Counted from the first letter of the stretch, positions 16,814 to 25,723 are shown. The stretch is 39,745 nucleotides of DNA from Candidatus Thorarchaeota archaeon (GCA_048882045.1 JBHLRZ010000032.1:1-39745); one strand, 5' to 3'. Notes: generated by a model from the sequence alone, not told the origin. Made by a program: numbers and translations.

Positions 16814-17884
16814 CTATGCCCCTCGAAATCTGTTTCTCAATTTACCTGCTACAATCTCTGGAGGGATCACAACAACCTCAGTGTCGAGTAAGTGCTGAAA
16901 GAAATGCTCTCCAGCTCTATAGCCTGGTGAGAAATTCTGTCTCGTCACTAACCGGATAAAACACCGACTAGTCGATTCATCTCCAGTTAAGTCTCCTAGT
17001 TCAAGGGCTAGATTGAATGAAGAATAATCCTCATCACCGTAGTAGGCTAAGACCTTTGAAACTCCTTTTGCCAAGTCCATAATGATACTCCCTGACTTAT
17101 CCATAAATCGACCTGATGGTAGAATTCCCCACACTTCATTTGTCTTGCTTGGTGAAAATGGAGTCAGCCAGTGGATAGAACCTGTACTCCCAATATACCG
17201 TTCATCCAATTCTATTTCTACTTCTATGAGATCTTCCCAATATTCATGACCATGCTTTTTATTATACGCTGCGACTGCATCTTGTATCTTCGCTGCATAG
17301 TTCAATGAATCGGAAGATATGATTAACTGCAAGTGAGGATGAACAGCGCTCGCTCCAGCAGGAGGCATATAATTGGAATTCAGAGAACCATAGAGAGTTT
17401 CATCTGTTGGTAGATATGAGATGAATTTCTGTGTTGAGACAAAGGCATCATTGAGAATTTCTGGAGTAAACTCATTTGGTTTCAAGAAATGTTTCTTGGA
17501 CGGAACAATGATCGCATGATATTTTGATAGAGGGAAAAGGTTAGGGAATAGTGTAGACTCGCCTATTGAAATCCTACCTTCAGGAATTATGTCCTTCTCA
17601 AATTTCGGAGTTGAGGTGAGGACCTTGTCAGGACAGAAGAAACATTTCTCACTACTTTCTCTCACCAGTTTGTCTAGAAATTCATAATCTGTGTATCCAA
17701 CAAGAGTCTCATACTTCTCAACGAGTCTCAGACCAATCAAACTCTTGCTTCCCAAAAGTGGATCTCGTCTCACTTCAATATCATGCGTGTCTGAATCAAA
17801 ATTCAACAAGGGATTCAGAATCACAGCTGATTCCTTGTATCTCTCGAGTTTGATCCTACCAGATGCACCTGCCATCTGCATCAC
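16814..17884 (-). CDS. Galactose-1-phosphate uridylyltransferase-like (GalT/HIT) nucleotidyltransferase
   Basis: EVRRDPLLG, CFFCP, FPNLFP, AGASAVHPHLQ. Confidence 0.85.
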   Translation of the reverse strand: MMQMAGASGRIKLERYKESAVILNPLLNFDSDTHDIEVRRDPLLGSKSLIGLRLVEKYETLVGYTDYEFLDKLVRESSEKCFFCPDKVLTSTPKFEKDIIPEGRISIGESTLFPNLFPLSKYHAIIVPSKKHFLKPNEFTPEILNDAFVSTQKFISYLPTDETLYGSLNSNYMPPAGASAVHPHLQLIISSDSLNYAAKIQDAVAAYNKKHGHEYWEDLIEVEIELDERYIGSTGSIHWLTPFSPSKTNEVWGILPSGRFMDKSGSIIMDLAKGVSKVLAYYGDEDYSSFNLALELGDLTGDESTSRCFIRLVTRQNFSPGYRAGEHFFQHLLDTEVVVIPPEIVAGKLRNRFRGA

Positions 17885-18858
17885 TCATCTTTCTTCTTCA
17901 TTTTAGCTACCTTTGTTCCAAACCGTTTGGCATGGTCTTTGACCACCAATCTCCAAGCCATGTTTGGCATGGCGTAGAATCCAGCCACTGACTCATTTTC
18001 AGGGACGTCTCTCACAGCAATAGCATTGATCAAGACACTGGCATTATCTCCAATAACAAGTCCATTAGAAACAGTTGCACCAATACCAATCCAGCAGTTC
18101 TCACCGATTACAGTACTTCCACCTATACAACTTGAGGCTGCAAGTTGACTATTTGATTTGACATGCACATTATGACCGATATGGACCATGTTGTCAATCT
18201 TCACACGATCTTCAAGAATTGTATCGCCGAATGTTCCACGATCCACACACGAGCTATTTCCAAATTCAACATCATCACCAAATTGCACACCACCAATGTG
18301 AATAAGACGGTGGATATTGCCCTCAGCGTCCTTCATTATACGATAACCGTCTCCTCCAATACTAGCATTCGCATCTATGATGTTTCTCTTGCCGATCCTC
18401 ACTCTATCATAGATAGCAGTGTTGGCAAAGATCTCGGTGTCGTCGTCGATGGTCACATCACTCCCAATCACAACATATGGATGAATCCTGACCCGATCTC
18501 CCAGAGTCACATTCCGACCAAATCGAACAGTGGGGTCGATGACACACTCTTTTCCTACAGTTGGCTTAGAGTCATCTGGTGTGAAGGACTTGACATCTTG
18601 ATGCCAAGTATTGTGAATCTCAAGAAATGCAACTAGTGCGTCGTCCACTTTAAAGTATGAATTCCCCTCAATCTTGGAAGCTTTGTCGTAAAATTTCGGT
18701 TCAACAAGAATGTATGCTCCTTTGTTTGGGGTGATGAGTTTCATGAACTGGACACGTGCGATATAGCTAATGTGTTTCTCCACCAAGTTCTGAATGCCAC
18801 ATGTGCCCTTTGCATCATTGGGAATTCCATATTTCTTGAGGACCTCTTTGATTATCAT
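17881..18858 (-). CDS. LpxD-like left-handed beta-helix acyl-ACP-dependent N-acyltransferase
   Basis: Hexapeptide repeats; IGGDGY, HIGGV.FGDDVEFG..SCVDRGTFGDTIL...VKIDNMVHIGHNV (LpxD catalytic His region). Confidence 0.85.
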   Translation of the reverse strand: MIIKEVLKKYGIPNDAKGTCGIQNLVEKHISYIARVQFMKLITPNKGAYILVEPKFYDKASKIEGNSYFKVDDALVAFLEIHNTWHQDVKSFTPDDSKPTVGKECVIDPTVRFGRNVTLGDRVRIHPYVVIGSDVTIDDDTEIFANTAIYDRVRIGKRNIIDANASIGGDGYRIMKDAEGNIHRLIHIGGVQFGDDVEFGNSSCVDRGTFGDTILEDRVKIDNMVHIGHNVHVKSNSQLAASSCIGGSTVIGENCWIGIGATVSNGLVIGDNASVLINAIAVRDVPENESVAGFYAMPNMAWRLVVKDHAKRFGTKVAKMKKKDE

Positions 18859-18921
18859 TATAGATCGATTTCATTGAATGTGCTCCGCCCTTTTGAATTA
18901 TACTTCGAAATGAAGTTGAAA

Positions 18922-20208
18922 CTATTCCAATAATGTCAAGTTATTCCAACATACTAAGCGACTCAACAAGAGAATACCATCCCAAGGTGAATCATAGATA
19001 TGCATCTGTCCAGGGGGTACTATTCTAGCAACACCACGGTACATGACGCCTTCAGCAAACTTCATTGACTTTTCTTGGTTGAGTATGCCATTACCAACTG
19101 TTTGAACATTACGAGTTATGAGATCAATTACATCCAGAACATTGGCTATCGGCTTTAGGAAAATGGTTCTTGATTGAATAGGTTCTTCTAATGCAAGTTT
19201 GCTGTCAATCAAAATTGTCCAATCATTCGTTTTTGATGCCATGACGTCTTTCTCAAGATCTAGAGCATACTCAGCTCGTTTGTTGATTATCATAGTGCCA
19301 CGGCCTGCATCGAAATCATTCTTTGGCATAAGCCTAGAAAGGCGTTCAAACTCATTGGATAGTTGTTGAGCAAAATGCGTCACACCTTCCATATTGGTTT
19401 CTAGGAAAATAACGTGGGGTGATGAACAGGCACTCTGCTCGAAAAGAACTGAATCCGTAGCAATGTTTCTTATGAATCTATCAAGTTTTTCAGAGGTCAG
19501 TGCCTCTTTATCAAAGACAGCGAAGGAGTACTTTGGTCCAAAAACAATGTCTTCACAATGGGTTTTCTTGGGCAAGTTTGTGATTGCTTCCACAGCTTCT
19601 TTCCCTCCCCAAACGACCCTTGCATCAGCTATCCTTGACAAAGCAGAATTGGCTTTGAAGTCATCGGATGGAAAATACACAACCGCTACCGACTTGAGAA
19701 GGTCTTTTCCTGTATAACCGTTTGATTCAACGGTGGCAAACAATTGTAGGATTGGAAGAACCGTTGATAGACTGACCTCTGGGATTCGGAGGATATTTCC
19801 ATTCTTTCCTATTATTGATTGAAATAGTGAGAAAAGACTCAGGGTTGGAATATTGCCAGCAATCCAATGACTCACTACACCTCTAGGAAAGGCTCGAAGC
19901 TTCTTCCTTTCATCTCCAACAAATGACTCGAGATAATCCTTGGATCCTAGATTGGTTTCGATGATTTTTCTGATGTTCTCACGCCTAAGCCAATTTGAGA
20001 GAAATGCAATTCCTCCAATTCCTTTCACTTTCTCGTCTCGAACAAGCAAACGACTGAAACTGTGAAGCATTTCAATTATGTCATTAACTGGAACACCAAA
20101 AAGAGAAATCATCCCTTCACGGATTTGTGTTTCGATTTTTATCAAGTCTTCAACTACGAGAACAGGATCATGAAACTCTCCATTGCTTGTAAGAAGTTGG
20201 ATTGATAT
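18922..20208 (-). CDS. LuxC-like acyl-CoA/acyl-protein reductase
   Basis: PRGVVSHWIAGNIP, WGGKEAV, FGPKYS, EQSACSSP. The frame is open ~20 codons upstream of the TTG at 20145, up to the luxE stop; start uncertain. Confidence 0.88.
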   Translation of the reverse strand: MSIQLLTSNGEFHDPVLVVEDLIKIETQIREGMISLFGVPVNDIIEMLHSFSRLLVRDEKVKGIGGIAFLSNWLRRENIRKIIETNLGSKDYLESFVGDERKKLRAFPRGVVSHWIAGNIPTLSLFSLFQSIIGKNGNILRIPEVSLSTVLPILQLFATVESNGYTGKDLLKSVAVVYFPSDDFKANSALSRIADARVVWGGKEAVEAITNLPKKTHCEDIVFGPKYSFAVFDKEALTSEKLDRFIRNIATDSVLFEQSACSSPHVIFLETNMEGVTHFAQQLSNEFERLSRLMPKNDFDAGRGTMIINKRAEYALDLEKDVMASKTNDWTILIDSKLALEEPIQSRTIFLKPIANVLDVIDLITRNVQTVGNGILNQEKSMKFAEGVMYRGVARIVPPGQMHIYDSPWDGILLLSRLVCWNNLTLLE

Positions 20209-20210
20209 GA

Positions 20211-21329
20211 TCAGTCCCCCCTACGTTCTGCGAATGTGTCGCCACACCCACGAGTTTCAGCTCTTTCCGCTCGCGATCGAAATTCAAAGTATTTCCCTTT
20301 CCTTCCACAAGGACAATCGTCAATACCAACGATTTCTCCAATATCCTCAGTAAGAAGCGCTTGACTCGGATAACTTGTTGCTATCGTAGACATGATCTCA
20401 ATAAGACCTGGTACACCCACAGGAGCCTCTTCCATTGTGTAGATGTCTCTTATGATCAATTCAGCAAAATCTGGGATGTGTTTGTGACCTTCAGCACAAT
20501 CTACAAAGAGCACACCAAGTTGCTCCACCATCCCATAATAATCAAGGACATTGTAAGGGTCTGTTCCAAATAGGGCTCCAACTTCTTTATTGAAAATGTC
20601 CTTTGTCACTGCTTGAGAAGTGAGTTTCTTCCATCCGCCACCATGAAGAATCTTAATGTTTGGTATGTTCAATTTTATCCCCTTCTCTTTCAAAGCTTGT
20701 AAGAATCTAGTCCAGATGATGTACGTAAATCCGAATCCTAAGACATCCTTGTCACTGTATTCATCTGCAAATGCTTGGAGTCTCTCAAAGTTGACATGTA
20801 GTTCTCCATCGATATTGTCCATAACATAAGCTGTTTTTCTGGCAAAACTTGAAATTCCTCTAATTGCCGCGCCTCTCGCAGTTATTGATGAAGCAGATGG
20901 ATCATTGACCTCCGCTGTATCCATTACCAAGAAGGGTCTTCTGGCTGTTCCCAGGAAACTTTTCAGTGATGCAACAAGGGCTCGTGTCTGACGCATGGCT
21001 GTGGTCTTGTCAATCGGAATCTTGCTTGGGATGCCAGTGGTTGTAGCACTGGAACTGAGTGTCCGGATGATTTGGTCATCTGCGCAAGTCTGTAGATTAA
21101 AGGTCTTGAACATAGTAACAGGGATCGGAGCCACATCAGCGAGAGAAGTGATTTCTTCTGGTGTACTGTTGAATGATTCATAGAATTTTCTCAACGCAGG
21201 ACTAGAGTCCATTGATGCACGAACTTGTTGCTTGACCAATGGCAGAAGGACCTGTTCTTTCTCTTGCTGTGAAACTTGGTATTGATCATTTGCAATTATT
21301 TCTTCAATGGTCACTTCTTCAGAACCCAT
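20211..21329 (-). CDS. LuxE-like acyl-protein synthetase
   Basis: IPVTMFK, SSSATTTGIPSK, HGGGWKK, DYYGMVEQ, LLTEDIG, CPCGRKGKYF, RGCGDT. Confidence 0.9.
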   Translation of the reverse strand: MGSEEVTIEEIIANDQYQVSQQEKEQVLLPLVKQQVRASMDSSPALRKFYESFNSTPEEITSLADVAPIPVTMFKTFNLQTCADDQIIRTLSSSATTTGIPSKIPIDKTTAMRQTRALVASLKSFLGTARRPFLVMDTAEVNDPSASSITARGAAIRGISSFARKTAYVMDNIDGELHVNFERLQAFADEYSDKDVLGFGFTYIIWTRFLQALKEKGIKLNIPNIKILHGGGWKKLTSQAVTKDIFNKEVGALFGTDPYNVLDYYGMVEQLGVLFVDCAEGHKHIPDFAELIIRDIYTMEEAPVGVPGLIEIMSTIATSYPSQALLTEDIGEIVGIDDCPCGRKGKYFEFRSRAERAETRGCGDTFAERRGD

Positions 21330-22387
21330 TGGACTAACTCCTTAAGATTATCCTCCGTCATTCGAACTGGTGAAGTCTTGATTGATGGATCTGCCAAAGT
21401 TTCTGAAATCCAAGAGTCAACATCAATCCCATCAAGAACTCTAGGAATTGTGTACGAAGACAAGCCTATCTCTTCGAAGTCCTTCTTTAAGTCTGAGTAA
21501 ATTGTATCGTCTGAAATACTCTCATGCCAAGAAAGGCATTTGGGAGTCAAAGTTATGACACCTGTACTATGTGGTGTGCCATTTTGTTGCTCAAGTGCAT
21601 GAGCCAATGCATGACAGACACCTACATACACACTGCCCGTTACTAGTCCGCCTAGATATCCTGCCTGAAGTAGCTTATCAAGTGCCTTTGGGCTTCCTGG
21701 TTTCTCCGTTAATTCTGATGATACCTCTTTCAGCAGACCTATGATCGATTTTGAAAGAGCTTTGGTCATTGGACTTGCTCTCTTAGAAAGAAGACTCTCA
21801 TTCGCGTGACCAAAAACATCTCCGATGAATATGTACAGTTGCTTGTCCTCTATTGTCTGAAGAAACGTCGAATCTAGAATAGCTACTTCAGGGACAAGGG
21901 ACTGGTGGATGTGGGGTATCTTTACCCCTGAGTCATTCTTGATTACAGCAGTTCCATTTGCTTCCGAACCAGTAGAAGGGGTTGTTGGTATGGCAATCAT
22001 CTCAATGGAACGTTTTGCAAGTTCGCTCTCGAGAAGATTGGAAAAGTCAATTGACGGATTTTCTAATAGCAGTCGCAAGACTTTGCTACTATCCATAACC
22101 TGTCCACCTCCAATTGCTAAAATCAGATCAATCTTTTTCGATGAATAGGTCTCTCTCAAGCGGAGAACCTCGGATTCTGTGGCCCTCGAACATGTTTCTT
22201 CAAATACAGAGTTGCCTTCCAGATTCTCAATCGCCTTTTGATAAGCCTCGTTTTCGCCTGCTTCTGGATATGCAACTATCAGGATGTTCTTACTTGATAG
22301 CTCCTTGAGAAGTGACACTGCTCCTTTTCTAAAATGTACACTTCGATTGTACATCAAACTTGGGATGATTGGTGAACCTTGAATCAA
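21311..22387 (-). CDS. Iron-containing alcohol dehydrogenase
   Basis: IGGGQVMDSSK, IPTTPSTGSE, D..GH..E, CHALAH, PH metal ligands. Confidence 0.9.
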   Translation of the reverse strand: MIQGSPIIPSLMYNRSVHFRKGAVSLLKELSSKNILIVAYPEAGENEAYQKAIENLEGNSVFEETCSRATESEVLRLRETYSSKKIDLILAIGGGQVMDSSKVLRLLLENPSIDFSNLLESELAKRSIEMIAIPTTPSTGSEANGTAVIKNDSGVKIPHIHQSLVPEVAILDSTFLQTIEDKQLYIFIGDVFGHANESLLSKRASPMTKALSKSIIGLLKEVSSELTEKPGSPKALDKLLQAGYLGGLVTGSVYVGVCHALAHALEQQNGTPHSTGVITLTPKCLSWHESISDDTIYSDLKKDFEEIGLSSYTIPRVLDGIDVDSWISETLADPSIKTSPVRMTEDNLKELVQWVLKK

Positions 22388-22391
22388 CTCG

Positions 22392-23891
22392 TTACACTCC
22401 CTGCTTGTTCAATTCTTTCAACTCAGCCATCATGACCTTTTCAGATTCGTTCTTTGGTAGGGTATCAAGGAACTTGATATGTTTCGGTACTTTGAATGAT
22501 GGGAGGTTTTTCCGACAATGTTCGACTATCTCTTTCTCAGTTAATGAACTGTCCTCATGAAGGACTACATATGCTTTTACTGCCTCACCCATTAGATCAT
22601 CGGGAACTCCAATTACTCCCACCTCGACTACATTGGGCAACTTTGCGATAGTCGCTTCTATCTCTCTTGGACTGATGCGATGTCCACCACTCTTGATTAT
22701 CTCCTTCTGCCTATCTACGACGAAAATGAATCCCTCTTCATCAACTGTTGCTATATCACCGGTGTAAAGTTTTCCATCTCTTAGAGTTTTAGCTGTTCCC
22801 TCGGGATCTTTCCAATATCCCATCATGATGTTTCCTCCTGACGCAACAATCTCACCAATCTCGCCAGGACCAACTGGAGTTCCGTCCTCCTTTAGGACCT
22901 CAAGAGTTGTTCTTGGTATTCCTTTCCCGCATGAACCAAGTTTAGATTCCAACAGCTTTGGTGGTAGATAGGATAATCTAGCTGTTGCTTCAGTTTGTCC
23001 ATACATAATGAAAATATCTGTTGTAGGCAGAGTCTCCACAAGTTCAATTATGAATGGATTAGTCAGCTTCCCTCCAGCCTGCGCAACAAATCTAAGATCA
23101 GGGAACTTCATCTTTTTGAGTGGTGATCTTCTCAAAAGGATCTGAAATGTGGAGGGGACTCCTGCAAAACCTGTGCATTTCTTCTCAACCATTTCATCAA
23201 GTACTTTGCCAGGAAACATGAAACGGTTGTTCAAGACATTTTGTCCACCAACTTTGGTTAAGGAATGCAGCCAACTTGCACCATAACAATATGAAAACGG
23301 AAGTACAACCATCATTCTGTCTTTGTCTGTCAACTCGAGATATTCAACAATAGATGAAGTATTCCAATGAATATTATGATGAGAAAGCATGACCCCTTTT
23401 GGTTTACCTGTTGAGCCGGATGTAAATAAGATGACAGCGAGTGTACTTTTTGCATCTGGGTCTCTGAACTCAAACTCTTTTCGAGGTATCGAACCAAAGA
23501 AGGTTGAATCTTCAATGTCCTCTTCATCAGTTATGATATTATCAAAGTTGTATTTTCGCACCTTCTTCAGATACCGTTTCTGAACAAAGGCTGTCTTGAT
23601 TTCACAAGTTTCCACAACAAAATCAAGATGTTCTTCACTCACAGAATGATGAAGAGGGACGGATACCAACTCAGCACCCATTGTTCCAAAATAAGTGGAA
23701 ACCCAGAAGAATGAATTATCAGAAATAAGCAGAATTTTGTCATTAGGCTTATGACCAAGGTCTATGAGTTTTGCAGAAACACTCTGAATGTTTGCGTATA
23801 GCTCCGGATAAGTAATCGTTTGGTCGTCAGCAAATAGAGCTATCTTTTGCATATCCTTTGATTTCTCGAACAAATCGTTGACTATATTCAT
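22392..23891 (-). CDS. Adenylate-forming acyl-ACP/acyl-CoA ligase
   Basis: FTSGSTGKPKG, MYGQTEAT, TGD, SGGHRISPREIE, LPKNESEK. Confidence 0.93.
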   Translation of the reverse strand: MNIVNDLFEKSKDMQKIALFADDQTITYPELYANIQSVSAKLIDLGHKPNDKILLISDNSFFWVSTYFGTMGAELVSVPLHHSVSEEHLDFVVETCEIKTAFVQKRYLKKVRKYNFDNIITDEEDIEDSTFFGSIPRKEFEFRDPDAKSTLAVILFTSGSTGKPKGVMLSHHNIHWNTSSIVEYLELTDKDRMMVVLPFSYCYGASWLHSLTKVGGQNVLNNRFMFPGKVLDEMVEKKCTGFAGVPSTFQILLRRSPLKKMKFPDLRFVAQAGGKLTNPFIIELVETLPTTDIFIMYGQTEATARLSYLPPKLLESKLGSCGKGIPRTTLEVLKEDGTPVGPGEIGEIVASGGNIMMGYWKDPEGTAKTLRDGKLYTGDIATVDEEGFIFVVDRQKEIIKSGGHRISPREIEATIAKLPNVVEVGVIGVPDDLMGEAVKAYVVLHEDSSLTEKEIVEHCRKNLPSFKVPKHIKFLDTLPKNESEKVMMAELKELNKQGV

Positions 23892-24127
23892 AATTCAACA
23901 CCGTGCTTCTTCAAAGCTTCTTTCATTAGCCCAATCGTTGTCATCTCTGTTATTTCTTCCACGTCAAGAGCCAAATCCCATTCATCTTCGAAGAACGCCA
24001 TAAGATCCATGTGCGTAACTGAATCCCAGGTTTCAAGATCGTCCGGAGTACTATCGTCTGAAAACTCCTCTAGTTCCACAGCAAATACTTGGCAGACATA
24101 TTCATTGAACTTATCGAGATGTGACAA
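23888..24127 (-). CDS. Acyl carrier protein
   Basis: 79 aa, acidic, WDSVTHMDL pantetheinylation motif, F...WDLALDVEEI. Confidence 0.9.
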   Translation of the reverse strand: MSHLDKFNEYVCQVFAVELEEFSDDSTPDDLETWDSVTHMDLMAFFEDEWDLALDVEEITEMTTIGLMKEALKKHGVEL

Positions 24128-24133
24128 CTCATA

Positions 24134-24541
24134 TCACCCCTTTTTTGATTTAACATGCATAACCCTAGATTCAGCAATCCCCTCAAGTACAATCTTCCCA
24201 TCTTGATTGTAAACCAATGTTTCAACCGTTGCGACATTCCTTTTATCGATTGACGTAACTCTCAGCTTTGCTGTGATATTGTCATTGATTCTTACTGGGT
24301 AGGTGTACTTTATTGTCTGACTCATCCAGAGGTTTCCCGGACCAAACATCTTTGTTAGTGCGGCTGAGACAAGAGCTGCAGAAAGAATGCCGTGTGCTAT
24401 TCGTCCTTTGAACATTGTTCTCTTTGCAAATTCCTCATCGGTATGAAGGGGATTATCATCACCACTAATCTCAATCAGTTTTTGTATATCCTCTTCAGTG
24501 ATTTTTTTACTGATTTCGATAGTGTTTCCGACCTTCATCAT
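24134..24541 (-). CDS. MaoC-family (R)-specific enoyl hydratase/dehydratase
   Basis: SGDDNPLHTDEEFA...FKGRIAHG, FGPG, PVRIND hotdog-fold motif. Confidence 0.92.
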   Translation of the reverse strand: MMKVGNTIEISKKITEEDIQKLIEISGDDNPLHTDEEFAKRTMFKGRIAHGILSAALVSAALTKMFGPGNLWMSQTIKYTYPVRINDNITAKLRVTSIDKRNVATVETLVYNQDGKIVLEGIAESRVMHVKSKKG

Positions 24542-24679
24542 GAGTCATGTGATGCAATCTCGAACTGTGAATAAGTCTTACTGATTCTCCTTTGTTAATT
24601 TGATTGCCACGCTACAATGTTTGGTCCTTATACCAATCAACATAGCCTTATATTTTTTAAAATGGCTCCTTACCATTAG

Positions 24680-25120
24680 GTGAACCAAATGAGCCAAGAA
24701 ACAAGTTGGATACCTTGCGTCTTCGAACTCGCTTCTGAAGTTGGCAAAGTCGTATGCACTCCTCAAGAGGTTGCTGTAAAGGAAAATGTCCCCAATATTG
24801 CACTGACCTATACTCTTACTGCACCTACACTGAAAGGAAGTCGTAGACTTCATCTGAGTGGTGTAATAGTTGGAATCACAAAAGCTGATCCTGCAAATCC
24901 AATAACCCGAATACAGGTTAGAGGTGTTAGACTTGACTCTGTTCAAGTCTTATGGGAGGATAACAATCGTCATGGTAATCCTTTCAAATTCCAAGCAGGT
25001 TTTCCACCTATTGATTGTAGTGGATGGGATGCTGTGAAGGTCGTAGTAAATGCAACTACTTCCGCTCAACCCCTTGCAGCTCGAGTCGGCTTCGTGTCAG
25101 TGCAAGGAACATACTACTAA
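24680..25120 (+). CDS. Hypothetical beta-rich protein (~143 aa)
   Basis: Likely start ATG 24689 after AGGTGA; protein-like composition; followed immediately by a long hairpin. Confidence 0.7.
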   Translation: MNQMSQETSWIPCVFELASEVGKVVCTPQEVAVKENVPNIALTYTLTAPTLKGSRRLHLSGVIVGITKADPANPITRIQVRGVRLDSVQVLWEDNNRHGNPFKFQAGFPPIDCSGWDAVKVVVNATTSAQPLAARVGFVSVQGTYY

Positions 25121-25123
25121 TTC

Positions 25124-25202
25124 TCTAATCGAGCTAGCATTTTGCTATCTCGATTAGATCATTCTTTATGTTTTTCCAAATAATAGTAAGACACTATTGG
25201 AA
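25124..25202. terminator. Long near-perfect hairpin plus second hairpin between convergent genes
   Basis: TCTAATCGAG-C-TAGCA / TTT / TGCTA-T-CTCGATTAGA (25124-25158, 15 bp, one mismatch), T-rich tract, then AATAGT/ACTATT stem. Confidence 0.65.
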
Positions 25203-25209
25203 TTTAGAT

Positions 25210-25719
25210 TCAGGTTTTATCTCCTAGTAGATCGACGAACCGATGTTCGTCCACATATTCCTCCCTGAGCTTGATTCCTTTGTCGATATCCTCTCTCCTC
25301 TCAGGACGAAGTTTCTCTAGTTCTGAGAAATACTCTCTGGTATCCTGTATTGCAGTTTTATCGATATTGTATTCCTCAGCAAGCTTTTCAGATATATCTA
25401 ACAGAGCTGAATAGATTGGAAACCAAAAGATGTGGTCCTTTGGTGATGGAATATACTGGTAGGGGTTGCGTTCAATCGTGACTTCTTGCGAGGGTGCCCA
25501 CATCACTAACACTCTATCGTAAATGTATCCCAATATCAAGAATGTGAATAGAATTACGCCTGCGAAAACAAATGGTCCTATTGATCCCATCTCAACGAAA
25601 AATGGAATATATTCATAATAAGCGATAGCTAGAAGCAGTATCCCATAGAACAATCCCCAGATTCCTCTAATTTGGATAACTCGCCATTGTTGTTTCATCA
25701 ACCATTTCTTTACACCCAT
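25210..25719 (-). CDS. Uncharacterised membrane protein (one copy of a KQxWR...YD...W...ERNP domain)
   Basis: Two TM helices; start ATG 25719 after AGGAG; paralogous to the upstream gene. Confidence 0.8.
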   Translation of the reverse strand: MGVKKWLMKQQWRVIQIRGIWGLFYGILLLAIAYYEYIPFFVEMGSIGPFVFAGVILFTFLILGYIYDRVLVMWAPSQEVTIERNPYQYIPSPKDHIFWFPIYSALLDISEKLAEEYNIDKTAIQDTREYFSELEKLRPERREDIDKGIKLREEYVDEHRFVDLLGDKT

Positions 25720-25723
25720 ATTT

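Noticed and set aside
17881-18858. Lipid A biosynthesis or bacterial contamination
   Set aside because: No lpxA/B/C, fabZ or bamA context; contiguous with archaeal markers (NreA, Rpo5).
18922-21329. Bioluminescence (lux) operon
   Set aside because: No luxA/luxB luciferase or luxD. The ACP/ligase/Fe-ADH/glycan context matches polysaccharide acyl-modification loci instead.
16017-24541. Fatty acid synthase, PKS or NRPS cluster
   Set aside because: No ketosynthase, ketoreductase or condensation domain in the window, so no chain elongation is supported.
24134-24541. PHA synthesis (PhaJ)
   Set aside because: No PHA synthase nearby; the gene is coupled to the ACP.
24578-24946. 122-aa minus-strand ORF and the many other short antisense/alternate-frame ORFs in the track (e.g. 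1302-1757, 9171-9560, 18163-18636, 38892-39110, 39188-39466)
   Set aside because: They shadow well-supported genes and lack motifs or plausible composition.
25124-25202. SECIS element, ncRNA or MITE
   Set aside because: No in-frame UGA in a selenoprotein-like context, and no second copy or target-site duplication; position between convergent genes fits a terminator.
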